Assembly (NCBI GenBank): GCA_964016885.1
Contig: OZ024743.1
Location: 130,758,001 to 130,822,000, forward strand
Reading direction: 5' to 3'
Length of the DNA: 64,000 nucleotides
Source of the DNA: Eledone cirrhosa
Taxonomy: Eukaryota
Shown here piece after piece: positions 36,001 through 48,000 of the stretch. Numbering within the stretch: the first letter of the stretch is position 1; every line of letters begins with the position of its first letter. Made by a program: the position numbers and the translations under genes. A model generated the notes under the pieces. That model saw only the letters and a list, made by a program, of their open reading frames with translations, did not search any database and was not told the origin of the DNA.

Positions 36001-39000
36001 GGTGCTTGGTCATTAGTGTTTGGTGCTTGGTGCTTGCTGTTTGATGTTTGGTGCTTGGAGTTTGGTGTTTGGTGCTTGGTGCTTGGTGTTTGGTGCTTGG
36101 TGCTTGGTGCTTGGTGTTTGGTGCTTGGTGCTTGGAGTTTGGTGCTTGGTGCTTGGTGTTTGGTGTTTGGTGTTTGGTTCTTGGTGCTTGGTGTTTGGTG
36201 TTTGGTGTTTGATGCTTGGTGCTTGGTGCTTGGTGTTTTGGGCTTGGTGTTCGGTGCTTGGAGCTTGGTGCTTGGGGCTTGGTGTTTGGTGTTTGGTGCT
36301 TGGTGCTTGTTGTTTGATGTTGGGTCCTTGGTGCTTGGTGTTTGGTGTTTGGTGCTTGGTGTTTGGTGTTTGGTGCTTGGTGCTTGGTGTTTGGTGTTTG
36401 GTGCTTGGTGCTTGGGGCTTGGTGTTTGGTGCTTGGTGCTTGGTGTTTCGTGCTTGGTGCTTGGGGCTTGGTATTTGGTGCTTGGTGCTTGGTGCCTGGT
36501 GTTTGGTGTTTGGTGTTTGGTGCTTGGTCTTTGGTGCTTGGTGCTTGGTGCTGGGTGGTTGGTGTTTGGTGCTTGGTGCTTGGTGTTTGGTGCTTGGTGC
36601 TTGGTGCTTGTTGTTTGGTGCTTGGTGCTTGGTGCTTGGTCTTTGGTGCATGGTGTTTGGTGTTTGGTGCTTTGTGCTTGGTGCTTGGTGTTTGGTGCTT
36701 GGTGCTTGGTGCTTGGTGTTTGGTGCTTGGTGCTTGGTGATTAGTGTTTCTTGCTTGGTGCTTGGGATTTGGTGGTTGGTGCTTGGTGCTTGGTGTTTGG
36801 TGTTTGGTGTTTGGTGTTTGCTGTTTGCTGTTTGGTGTCTGCTTTTTGGTGTTTGGTGTTTGCTGTATGGTGTTTGCTGTTTCGTATTTGGTTTTTGCTG
36901 TTTGGTGTTTGGTGTTTGCTGTTTGGTGTTTGGTGTTTGGTGTTTGGTGCTTGGTGCTTGGTGCTTGGTGTTTGGTGCTTGGTGCTTGGTGTTTGGTGTT
37001 TGGTGCTTGGTGCCTGGTGCTTGTTGTATGGCGTTTGGTGCTTGGTGCTTGGTGTTTGCTGTTTGCTGCTTGGTGTCTGGTGTTTGGTGCTTGGTGTTTG
37101 GTGTTTGGTGCTTGGTGCTTGGTGCTTGGTGTTTGGTGTTTGGTGCTTGGTGCTTGGTGTTTGGTGTTTGGTGCTGGGTGCATGGAGTTTGGTGCTTGGT
37201 GCTTAGTGCTTGGTGTTTGGTGTTTGGTGCTTGGTAATTGGTGTTTGGTGTTTGATGCTTGGTGTGTGGTGCTTGGTGCTTGGTGTTTTGTGTTTGGTGC
37301 ATGGTGGTTGGTGCCTGGTGCTTGGTGCTTGGTGCTTGTTGTTTGGTGCTTGGTGCTTGGTGATTAGTGTTTGGTGCTTGGTGCTTGGGGTTTGCTATTT
37401 GGTGCTTGGTGCTTGGTGTTTGGTGCTTGGTGCTTGGTGCTTGGTGTTTGGGTTTTGGTGCTTGGTGCTTGGTCTTTGGTGTTTGTTGCTTGGTGTTTGC
37501 TGCTTGGTGTTTGGTGCTGGGTGCTTGGTGTTTGGTGCTCGGTGCTTGGTGCTTGGTGCTTGGTGCTTGGTGTTTGGTGTTTGGTGCTTGGTGTTTGGTG
37601 TTTGGTGTTTGATGCTTGGTGTTTGATGCTTGTTGCTTGGTGCTTGGTGTTTTGTGTTTGGTGTTTGGTGCTTGGTGTATGTACTTGGTGTTTGGGGCTT
37701 GGTGCTTGGTGCATGGTGCTTGGTGTTTGGTGCTTGGTGCTTGGTGCTTGGTGCTTGGTGTTTGGTGCTTGGTGTTTGGTGCTTGGTGCTTGGTGTTTGG
37801 TGCTTGGTGTTTGGTGCTTGGTGTTCGGTGCTTGGTTCTTGGTGCTTGGTGCTTGGTGTTAGGTGTTTGGTGCTTGGTGCTTGGTGTTTGGTGCTTGGTG
37901 CTTGGTGCTTGGTGTTTGGTGTACGGTGTTTGGTGCTTGGTGTTTGGTGCTTGGTGCTTGGTGCTGGGTGGTTGGTGTTTGGTGTTTGGTGCTGGGTGCT
38001 TGGTGCTTATTGTTTGGTGCTTGGTGCTTGGTGCTTGGTGCTTGGTCTTTGGTGCTTGGTGTTTGGTGCTTGGTGCTTGGTGCTTGGTGTTTGGTGTTTG
38101 GTGCTTGCTGCTTGCTGCTTGGTGTTTGGTGCTTGGTGATTGGTGCTTGGTGTTTTGTGCTTGGTGCTTGGTGTTTGGTGTTTGGTGCTAGGGGCTTGGT
38201 GCTTGGTGCTTGGTGTTTGGTGCTTGGTGTTTGCTGTTTGGTGTTTGGTGCTTGGTGCGTGGGACTTAGTGTTTGGTGTTTGGTGCTTGGTGTTTGGTGC
38301 TTGGTGTTTGGTGCTTGGTGTTTGGGGCTTGGTGTTCGGTGCTTGGTGCTTGGTGCTTGGGGCTTGGTGTTTGGTGTTTGGTGCTTGGTGCTTGGTGTTT
38401 GATGTTGGGTCCTTGGTGCTTGGTGTTTGGTGTTTGGTGCTTGGTGTTTGGTGTTTGGTGCTTGGTGCTTGGTGTTTGGTGTTTGGTGCTTGGTGCTTGG
38501 GGCTTGGTGTTTGGTGCTTGGTGCTTGGTGTTTGGTGCTTGGTGCTTGGGGCTTGGTATTTGGTGCTTGGTGCTTGGTGCCTGGTGTTTGGTGTTTGGTG
38601 TTTGGTGCTTGGTGTTTGGTGCTTGGTGCTTGGTGCTGGGTGGTTGGTGTTTGGTGCTTGGTGCTTGGTGTTTGGTGCTTGGTGCTTGGTGCTTGTTGTT
38701 TGGTGCTTGGTGCTTGGTGCTTGGTCTTTGGTGCATGGTGTTTGGTGTTTGGTGCTTGGTGCTTCGTGCTTGGTGTTTGGTGCTTGGTGCTTGGTGCTTG
38801 GTGTTTGGTGCTTGGTGCTTGGTCATTAGTGTTTGTTGCTTGGTGCTTGGGGTTTGGTGGTTGGTGCTTGGTGCTTGGTGTTTGGTGTTTGGTGTCTGCT
38901 TTTTGGTGTTTGGTGTTTGCTGTATGGTGTTTGCTGTTTCGTATTTGGTTTTTGCTGTTTGGTGTTTGGTGTTTGCTGTTTGGTGTTTGGTGTTTGGTGC

Positions 39001-42000
39001 TTGGTGCTTGGTGCTTGGTGCTTGGTGTTTGGCGTCTGGTGCTTGGTGCTGGGTGTTTGGTGCTTGGTGCTTGGTGTTTGGTGTTTGGTGCTTGGTGCCT
39101 GGTGCTTGTTGTATGGTGTTTGGTGCTTGGTGCTTGGTGTTTGGTGTTTGCTGCTTGGTGTCTGGTGTTTGGTGCTTGGTGTTTGGTGTTTGGTGCCTGG
39201 TGCTTGGTGCTTGGTGTTTGGTGTTTGGTGCTTGGTGCTTGGTGTTTGGTGTTTGGTGCTGGGTGCATGGAGTTAGGTGCTTGGTGCTTAGTGCTTGGTG
39301 TTTGGTGTTTGGTGCTTGGTATTTGGTGTTTGGTGTTTGATGCTTGGTGTGTGGTGCTTGGTGCTTGGTGCTTGGTGCTTGGGGTTTGCTGTTTGGTGCT
39401 TGGTGCTTGGTGTTTGGTGCTTGGTGCTTGGTGTTTGGTGTTTGGTGCTAGGGGTTTGGTGTTTGGTGCTTGGTGCTTGGTGTTTGGTGCTTGGTGCTTG
39501 GTGTTTGGTGCTTGGTGCTTTGTGTTTGGTGCTTGGTGTTTGGTGCTTGGTGCTTGGTGCTTGGTGCTTGGTGTTAGGTGTTTGGTGCTTGGTGATTGGT
39601 GTTTGATGTTAGGTTCTTGGTGCTTGGTGTTTGGTGTTTGGTGCTTGGTGCTTGGTGTTTGGTGTTTGGTGCTTGCTGCTTGGTGCTTGGTGTTTTGTGT
39701 CTGGAGTTTGGTGCTTGGTGTTTGGTGCTTCGGTCTTGGTGTTTGGTGTTTGGTGCTTGGTGCTTGGTGTTTGGTGTTTGGTGCCTGGTGCTTGGTGTTT
39801 GGTGCTTGGTGTTTGGTGTTTGGTGATTGGTGCTTGGTGTTTGGTGCTTGGTGCTTGGTGCTTGGTGTTAGGCGTTTGGTGCTTGGTGCTTGGTGTTTGA
39901 TGTTTGGTCCTTGGTGCTTGGTGTTTGGTATTTGGTGCTTGGTGCTTGGTGTTTGGTGTTTGGTGCTTTCTGCTTGCTGCATGGTGTTTGGTGCTAGGGG
40001 CTTGGTGCTTGGTGCTTGGTGTTTGGTGTTTGGTGCTTGGTGTTTGGTGCTTGGTGTTTGGTGCTTGGTGTTCGGTGCTTGGTGCTTGGTGCTTGGTGCT
40101 TGGTGTTTGGTGTTTGGTGCTTGGTGCTTGGTGTTTGATGTTTGGTCCTTGGTGCTTGGTGTTCGGTGTTGTGTGCTTGGTGCTTGGTGTTTGGTGCTTG
40201 GTGCTTGGTGCTGGGTGGTTGGTGTTTGGTGTTTGGTGCTGGGTGCTTGGTGCTTATTGTTTGGTGCTTGGTGCTTGGTGCTTGGTGCTTGGTCTTTGGT
40301 GCTTGGTGTTTGGTGTTTGGTGCTTGGTGCTTGGTGTTTGGTGTTTGGTGATTGCTGCTTGCTGCTTGGTGTTTGGTGCTTGGTGATTGGTGCTTGGTGT
40401 TTTGTGCTTGGTGCTTGGTGTTTGGTGTTTGGTGCTAGGGGCTTGGTGCTTGGTGCTTGGTGTTTGGTGCTTGGTGTTTGCTGTTTGGTGTTTGGTGCTT
40501 GGTGCGTGGGACTTAGTGTTTGGTGTTTGGTGCTTGGTGTTTGGTGCTTGGTGTTTGGTGCTTGGTGTTTGGGGCTTGGTGTTCGGTGCTTGGTGCTTGG
40601 TGCTTGGGGCTTGGTGTTTGGTGTTTGGTGCTTGGTGCTTGGTGTTTGATGTTGGGTCCTTGGTGCTTGGTGTTTGGTGTTTGGTGCTTGGTGTTTGGTG
40701 TTTGGTGCTTGGTGCTTGGTGTTTGGTGTTTGGTGCTTGGTGCTTGGGGCTTTGTGTTTGGTGCTTGGTGCTTGGTGTTTGGTGCTTGGTGCTTGGGGCT
40801 TGGTATTGGGTGCTTGGTGCTTGGTGCCTGGTGTTTGGTGTTTGGTGTTTGGTGCTTGGTGTTTGGTGCTTGGTGCTTGGTGCTGGGTGGTTGGTGTTTG
40901 GTGCTTGGTGCTTGGTGTTTGGTGCTTGGTGCTTGGTGCTTGTTGTTTGGTGCTTGGTGCTTGGTGCTTGGTCTTTGGTGCATGGTGTTTGGTGTTTGGT
41001 GCTTCGTGCTTCGTGCTTGGTGTTTGGTGCTTGGTGCTTGGTGCTTGGTGGTTGGTGCTTGGTGCTTGGTCATTAGTGTTTGGTGCTTGGTGCTTGCGGT
41101 TTGATGTTTGGTGCTTGGAGTTTGGTGTTTGGTGCTTGGTGCTTGGTGTTTGGTGCTTGGTGCTTGGTGCTTGGTGTTTGGTGCTTGGTGCTTGGAGTTT
41201 GGTGCTTGGTGCTTGGTGTTTGGTGTTTGGTGTTTGGTTCTTGGTGCTTGGTGTTTGGTGTTTGGTGTTTGGTGCTTGGTGCTTGGTGCTTGGTGTTTGG
41301 GGCTTGGTGTTCGGTGCTTGGAGCTTGGTGCTTGGGGCTTGGTGTTTGGTGTTTGGTGCTTGGTGCTTGTTGTTTGATGTTGGGTCCTTGGTGCTTGGTG
41401 TTTGGTGTTTGGTGCTTGGTGTTTGGTGTTTGGTGCTTGGTGCTTGGTGTTTGGTGTTTGGTGCTTGGTGCTTGGGGCTTGGTGTTTGGTGCTTGGTGCT
41501 TGGTGTTTCGTGCTTGGTGCTTGGGGCTTGGTATTTGGTGCTTGGTGCTTGGTGCCTGGTGTTTGGTGTTTGGTGTTTGGTGCTTGGTCTTTGGTGCTTG
41601 GTGCTTGGTGCTGGGTGGTTGGTGTTTGGTGCTTGGTGCTTGGTGTTTGGTGCTTGGTGCTTGGTGCTTGTTGTTTGGTGCTTAGTGCTTGGTGCTTGGT
41701 CTTTGGTGCATGGTGTTTGGTGTTTGGTGCTTTGTGCTTGGTGCTTGGTGTTTGGTGCTTGGTGCTTGGTGCTTGGTGTTTGGTGCTTGGTGCTTGGTGA
41801 TTAGTGTTTCTTGCTTGGTGCTTGGGATTTGGTGGTTGGTGCTTGGTGCTTGGTGTTTGGTGTTTGGTGTTTGGTGTTTGCTGTTTGCTGTTTGGTGTCT
41901 GCTTTTTGGTGTTTGGTGTTTGCTGTATGGTGTCTGCTGTTTCGTATTTGGTTTTTGCTGTTTGGTGTTTGGTTTTTGCTGGTTGGTGTTTGGTGTTTGC

Positions 42001-45000
42001 TGTTTGGTGTTTGGTGTTTGGTGTTTGGTGCTTGGTGCCTGGTGCTTGTTGTATGGCGTTTGGTGCTTGGTGCTTGGTGTTTGCTGTTTGCTGCTTGGTG
42101 TCTGGTGTTTGGTGCTTGGTGTTTGGTGTTTGGTGCTTGGTGCTTGGTGCTTGGTGTTTGGTGTTTGGTGCTTGGTGCTTGGTGTTTGGTGTTTGGTGCT
42201 GGGTGCATGGAGTTTGGTGCTTGGTGCTTAGTGCTTGGTGTTTGGTGTTTGGTGCTTGGTAATTGGTGTTTGGTGTTTGATGCTTGGTGTGTGGTGCTTG
42301 GTGCTTGGTGTTTTGTGTTTGGTGCATGGTGGTTGGTGCCTGGTGCTTGGTGCTTGGTGCTTGTTGTTTGGTGCTTGGTGCTTGGTGATTAGTGTTTGGT
42401 GCTTGGTGCTTGGGGTTTGCTATTTGGTGCTTGGTGCTTGGTGTTTGGTGCTTGGTGCTTGGTGCTTGGTGTTTGGGTTTTGGTGCTTGGTGCTTGGTCT
42501 TTGGTGTTTGTTGCTTGGTGTTTGGTGCTTGGTGTTTGGTGCTGGGTGCTTGGTGTTTGGTGCTCGGTGCTTGGTGCTTGGTGCTTGGTGCTTGGTGTTT
42601 GGTGTTTGGTGCTTGGTGTTTGGTGTTTGGTGTTTGATGCTTGGTGTTTGATGCTTGTTGCTTGGTGCTTGGTGTTTTGTGTTTGGTGTTTGGTGCTTGG
42701 TGTATGTACTTGGTGTTTGGGGCTTGGTGCTTGGTGCATGGTGCTTGGTGTTTGGTGCTTGGTGCCTGGTGCTTGGTGTTTGGTGCTTGGTGCTTGGTGC
42801 TTGGTGTTTGGTGCTTGGTGTTTGGTGCTTGGTGCTTGGTGTTTGGTGCTTGGTGTTTGGTGCTTGGTGTTCGGTGCTTGGTTCTTGGTGCTTGGTGCTT
42901 GGTGTTAGGTGTTTGGTGCTTGGTGCCTGGTGTTTGGTGCTTGGTGCTTGGTGCTTGGTGTTTGGTGTACGGTGTTTGGTGCTTGGTGTTTGGTGCTTGG
43001 TGCTTGGTGCTGGGTGGTTGGTGTTTGGTGTTTGGTGCTGGGTGCTTGGTGCTTATTGTTTGGTGCTTGGTGCTTGGTGCTTGGTGCTTGGTCTTTGGTG
43101 CTTGGTGTTTGGTGTTTGGTGCTTGGTGCTTGGTGTTTGGTGTTTGGTGCTTGCTGCTTGCTGCTTGGTGTTTGGTGCTTGGTGATTGGTGCTTGGTGTT
43201 TTGTGCTTGGTGCTTGGTGTTTGGTGTTTGGTGCTAGGGGCTTGGTGCTTGGTGCTTGGTGTTTGGTGCTTGGTGTTTGCTGTTTGGTGTTTGGTGCTTG
43301 GTGCGTGGGACTTAGTGTTTGGTGTTTGGTGCTTGGTGTTTGGTGCTTGGTGTTTGGTGCTTGGTGTTTGGGGCTTGGTGTTCGGTGCTTGGTGCTTGGT
43401 GCTTGGGGCTTGGTGTTTGGTGTTTGGTGCTTGGTGCTTGGTGTTTGATGTTGGGTCCTTGGTGCTTGGTGTTTGGTGTTTGGTGCTTGGTGTTTGGTGT
43501 TTGGTGCTTGGTGCTTGGTGTTTGGTGTTTGGTGCTTGGTGCTTGGGTCTTGGTGTTTGGTGCTTGGTGCTTGGTGTTTGGTGCTTGGTGCTTGGGGCTT
43601 GGTATTTGGTGCTTGGTGCTTGGTGCCTGGTGTTTGGTGTTTGGTGTTTGGTGCTTGGTGTTTGGTGCTTGGTGCTTGGTGCTGGGTGGTTGGTGTTTGG
43701 TGCTTGGTGCTTGGTGTTTGGTGCTTGGTGCTTGGTGCTTGTTGTTTGGTGCTTGGTGCTTGGTGCTTGGTCTTTGGTGCATGGTGTTTGGTGTTTGGTG
43801 CTTGGTGCTTCGTGCTTGGTGTTTGGTGCTTGGTGCTTGGTGCTTGGTGTTTGGTGCTTGGTGCTTGGTCATTAGTGTTTGTTGCTTGGTGCTTGGGGTT
43901 TGGTGGTTGGTGCTTGGTGCTTGGTGTTTGGTGTTTGGTGTCTGCTTTTTGGTGTTTGGTGTTTGCTGTATGGTGTTTGCTGTTTCGTATTTGGTTTTTG
44001 CTGTTTGGTGTTTGGTGTTTGCTGTTTGGTGTTTGGTGTTTGGTGCTTGGTGCTTGGTGCTTGGTGCTTGGTGTTTGGCGTCTGGTGCTTGGTGCTTGGT
44101 GTTTGGTGCTTGGTGCTTGGTGTTTGGTGTTTGGTGCTTGGTGCCTGGTGCTTGTTGTATGGTGTTTGGTGCTTGGTGCTTGGTGTTTGGTGTTTGCTGC
44201 TTGGTGTCTGGTGTTTGGTGCTTGGTGTTTGGTGTTTGGTGCCTGGTGCTTGGTGCTTGGTGTTTGGTGTTTGGTGCTTGGTGCTTGGTGTTTGGTGTTT
44301 GGTGCTGGGTGCATGGAGTTAGGTGCTTGGTGCTTAGTGCTTGGTGTTTGGTGTTTGGTGCTTGGTATTTGGTGTTTGGTGTTTGATGCTTGGTGTGTGG
44401 TGCTTGGTGCTTGGTGCTTGGTGCTTGGGGTTTGCTGTTTGGTGCTTGGTGCTTGGTGTTTGGTGCTTGGTGCTTGGTGTTTGGTGTTTGGTGCTAGGGG
44501 TTTGGTGTTTGGTGCTTGGTGCTTGGTGTTTGGTGCTTGGTGCTTGGTGTTTGGTGCTTGGTGCTTTGTGTTTGGTGCTTGGTGTTTGGTGCTTGGTGCT
44601 TGGTGCTTGGTGCTTGGTGTTAGGTGTTTGGTGCTTGGTGATTGGTGTTTGATGTTAGGTTCTTGGTGCTTGGTGTTTGGTGTTTGGTGCTTGGTGCTTG
44701 GTGTTTGGTGTTTGGTGCTTGCTGCTTGGTGCTTGGTGTTTTGTGTCTGGAGTTTGGTGCTTGGTGTTTGGTGCTTCGGTCTTGGTGTTTGGTGTTTGGT
44801 GCTTGGTGCTTGGTGTTTGGTGTTTGGTGCCTGGTGCTTGGTGTTTGGTGCTTGGTGTTTGGTGTTTGGTGATTGGTGCTTGGTGTTTGGTGCTTGGTGC
44901 TTGGTGCATGGTGTTTGATGTTTGGTCCTTGGTGCTTGGTGTTTGGTATTTGGTGCTTGGTGCTTGGTGTTTGGTGTTTGGTTCTTTCTGCTTGCTGCAT

Positions 45001-45050
45001 GGTGTTTGGTGCTAGGGGCTTGGTGCTTGGTGCTTGGTGTTTGGTGTTTG
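27100..45050 (+). repeat. Higher-order domain with four related 2.8-5.0 kb units marked by the 6-bp variant ATGTAC
   Basis: ATGTAC at 30926, 34873, 37679 and 42704 (offsets 3947, 2806, 5025; all 7n-1). Co-travelling variants TTGGTAA, TTGCTAT, TTATTGT and ACGGTGT. An approximately 5.03-5.06 kb duplication covers about 35150-40190 vs 40190-45050 (38819 to 43865 = 5046; 35446 to 40506 = 5060). Confidence 0.88.
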
Positions 45051-48000
45051 GTGCTTGGTGCGTGGGACCTGGTGTTTGGTGCTTGGTGTTTGGTGCTTGG
45101 TGTTTGGTGCTTGGTGCCTGGTGCTTGGTGTTTGGTGTTTGGTGCTTGGTGTTTGGTGCTTGGTGTTTGGTGCTTGGTGTTCGGTGCTTGGTGCTTGGTG
45201 CTTGGTGCTTGGTGTTTGGTGTTTGGTGCTTGGTGCTTGGTGTTTGATGTTTGGTCCTTGGTGCTTGGTGTTCGGTGTTGTGTGCTTGGTGCTTGGTGCT
45301 TGGTGTTTGGTGCTTGGTGCTTGGTGCTTGGTGTTTGGCGTTTGCTGTTTGCTGTTTGGTGTTTGGTGTTTGCTGTTTGGTGTTTGCTGTTTGGTGTTTG
45401 GTGTTTGGTGCTTGCTGTTGGGTGCTTGGTGTTTGGTGTTTGGTGCTTGGTGTTTGGTGCTTGGTGCTTGGTGCTGGGTGTTTGGTGCTTGGTGCTTGGT
45501 GTTTGGTGCTTGGTGCTTGGTGCTTGGTGTTTGGTCCTTGGTGCTTGGTGCTTGGTCTTTGGTGCTTGGGTTTTGGTGTTTGGTGCTTGGTGCTTGGTGT
45601 TTGGTGCTTGGTGCTTGGTGCTTGGTGCTTGGTGTTTGGTGCTTGCTGCTTGGTGCTTGGTGTTTGGTGATTGGTGCTTGGGGTTTGGTGTTTGGGGCTT
45701 GGTGTTTGGTGCTTGGTGCTTGCTGTTTGGTGCTTGGTGTTTGGTTCTTGGTGCTTGGTGTTTGGTGTTTGGTGTTTGGTGCTTGGTGCTTGGTGCTTGG
45801 TTTTTGGTGCTTGCTGCTTGGTGCTTGGTGTTTGGTGCTGCGTGCTTGGTGTTTGGTGTTTGGTGCTTGGTGCCTGGTTCTTGTTGTTTGGTGTTTGGTG
45901 CTTAGTGCTTGGTGTTTGGTGTTTGGTGCTTGGTGCTTGGTGGCTGGTGTTTGGTGCTTGGTGTTTGGAGTTTGGTGCTTGGTGCTTGGTGCCTGGTGTT
46001 TCGTGCTTGGTGCTTGGTGCTTGGTGTTTGGTGTTTGGTGCTTGGTGTTTGGTGTTTGGTACTTGGTGCTTGGTGCTTGGTGTTTGGTGCTTTGTGTTTG
46101 ATGCTGCGTGCTTGGTGTTTGGTGTTTGGTGCTTGGTGCTTGGTGTTTGGTGTTTGGAGCTTGGTGCCTGGTGCTTGTTGTTTGGTGTTTGGCGCTTGGT
46201 GCTTGGTGTTTGGTGTTTGGTGCTTGGTGCTTGGTGCTTGGTATCTGGTGTTTGGTGCTTGATGTTTGGTGTTTGGTGCTTGGTGTTTGGTGTTTGGTGC
46301 TTGGTGCTTGGTGTTTGGTGCTTGGTGTTTGGTGTTTGGTGTTTGATGCTTGGTGTTTGCTGCTTGGTGCTTGGTGCTTGGTGTTTTGTGTTTGGTGCTT
46401 GGTGCTTGGTGCCTGGTGCTTGGTGCTTGGTGCTTGTTGTGTGGTGCTTGGTGCTTGGTGATTAGTGTCTGGTGCTTGGTGCTTGCGGTTTGGTGTTCGG
46501 TGCTTGGGGTTTGGTGCTTGGTGCTTGGTGTTTGGTGCTTGGTGCTTGGTGTTTGGTGCTTGGTGCTTGGTGTTTGGTGTTTGGCGTTTGCTGTTTGCTG
46601 TTTGGTGTTTGGTGTTTGCTGTTTGGTGTTTGCTGTTTGGTGTCTGGTGTTTGGTGCTTGCTGTTTGGTGCTTGGTGTTTGGTGTTTGGTGTTTGGTGTT
46701 TGGTGCTTGGTGCTTGGTGTTTGGTGCTTGGTGCTTGGTGCTGGGTGTTTGGTGCTTGGTGCTTGGTGTTTGGTGCATGGTGCTTGGTGCTTGGTGTTTG
46801 GTCCTTGGTGCTTGGTGGTTGGTCTTTGGTGCTTGGGTTTTGGTGTTTGGTGCTTGGTGCTTGGTGTTTGGTGCTTGGTTCTTGGTGCTTGGTGCTTGGT
46901 GTTTGGTGATTCTGCTTGGTGCTTGGTGTTTGGTGCTTGGTGCTTGGTGATTAGTGTTTGGTGATTGGTGCTTGGGGTTTGCTGTTTGGTGTTTGGTGTT
47001 TGGTGCTTGGTGCTTGCTGTTTGGTGTTTGGTGTTTGGTTCTTGGTGCTTGGTGTTTGGTGTTTGGTGTTTGGTGCTTGGTGCTTGGTGCTTGGTGTTTG
47101 GTGCTTGGTGCTTGGTGCTTGGTGTTTGGTGCTTGGTGCTTGGTGGCTGGTGCTTGGTGCTTGGTGTTTGTAGTTTGGTGCTTGGTGCTTGGTGCCTGGT
47201 GTTTCGTGCTTGGTGCTTGGTGCTTGGTGCTTGGTGCTTGGTGCTTGGTGTTTGGTGCTTGGTGTTTGATGCTGCGTGCTTGTTGATTGGTGCTTGGTGC
47301 TTGGTGCTTGGTGTTTGGTGTTTGGTGCTTGGTGCTTGGTGTTTGGTGCTTGGTGTTTGGTGTTTGGTGTTTGATGCTTGGTGTTTGCTGCTTGGTGCTT
47401 GGTGCTTGGTGTTTTGTGTTTGGTGCTTGGTGCTTGGTGCCTGGTGCTTGGTGCTTGGTGCTTGTTGTTTGGTGCTTGGTGCTTGGTGATTAGTGTTTGG
47501 TGCTTGGTGCTTGCGGTTTGATGTTTGGTGCTTGGGGTTTGGTGTTTGTTGCTTGGTGCTTGGTGTTTGGTGCTTGGTGCTTGGTGCTTGGTGTTTGGTC
47601 CTTGGTGCTTGGTGTTCGGTGTTGTGTGCTTGGTGCTTGGTGCTTGGTGTTTGGTGCTTGGTGCTTGGTGCTTGGTGTTTGGCGTTTGCTGTTTGCTGTT
47701 TGGTGTTTGGTGTTTGCTGTTTGGTGTTTGCTGTTTGGTGTTTGGTGTTTGGTGCTTGCTGTTGGGTGCTTGGTGCTTGGTGTTTGGTGTTTGGTGCTTG
47801 GTGTTTGGTGCTTGGTGCTTGGTGCTGGGTGTTTGGTGCTTGGTGCTTGGTGTTTGGTGCTTGGTGCTTGGTGCTTGGTGTTTGGTCCTTGGTGCTTGGT
47901 GCTTGGTCTTTGGTGCTTGGGTTTTGCTGTTTGGTGCTTGGTGCTTGGTGTTTGGTGCTTGGTGCTTGGTGCTTGGTGCTTGGTGTTTGGTGCTTGCTGC

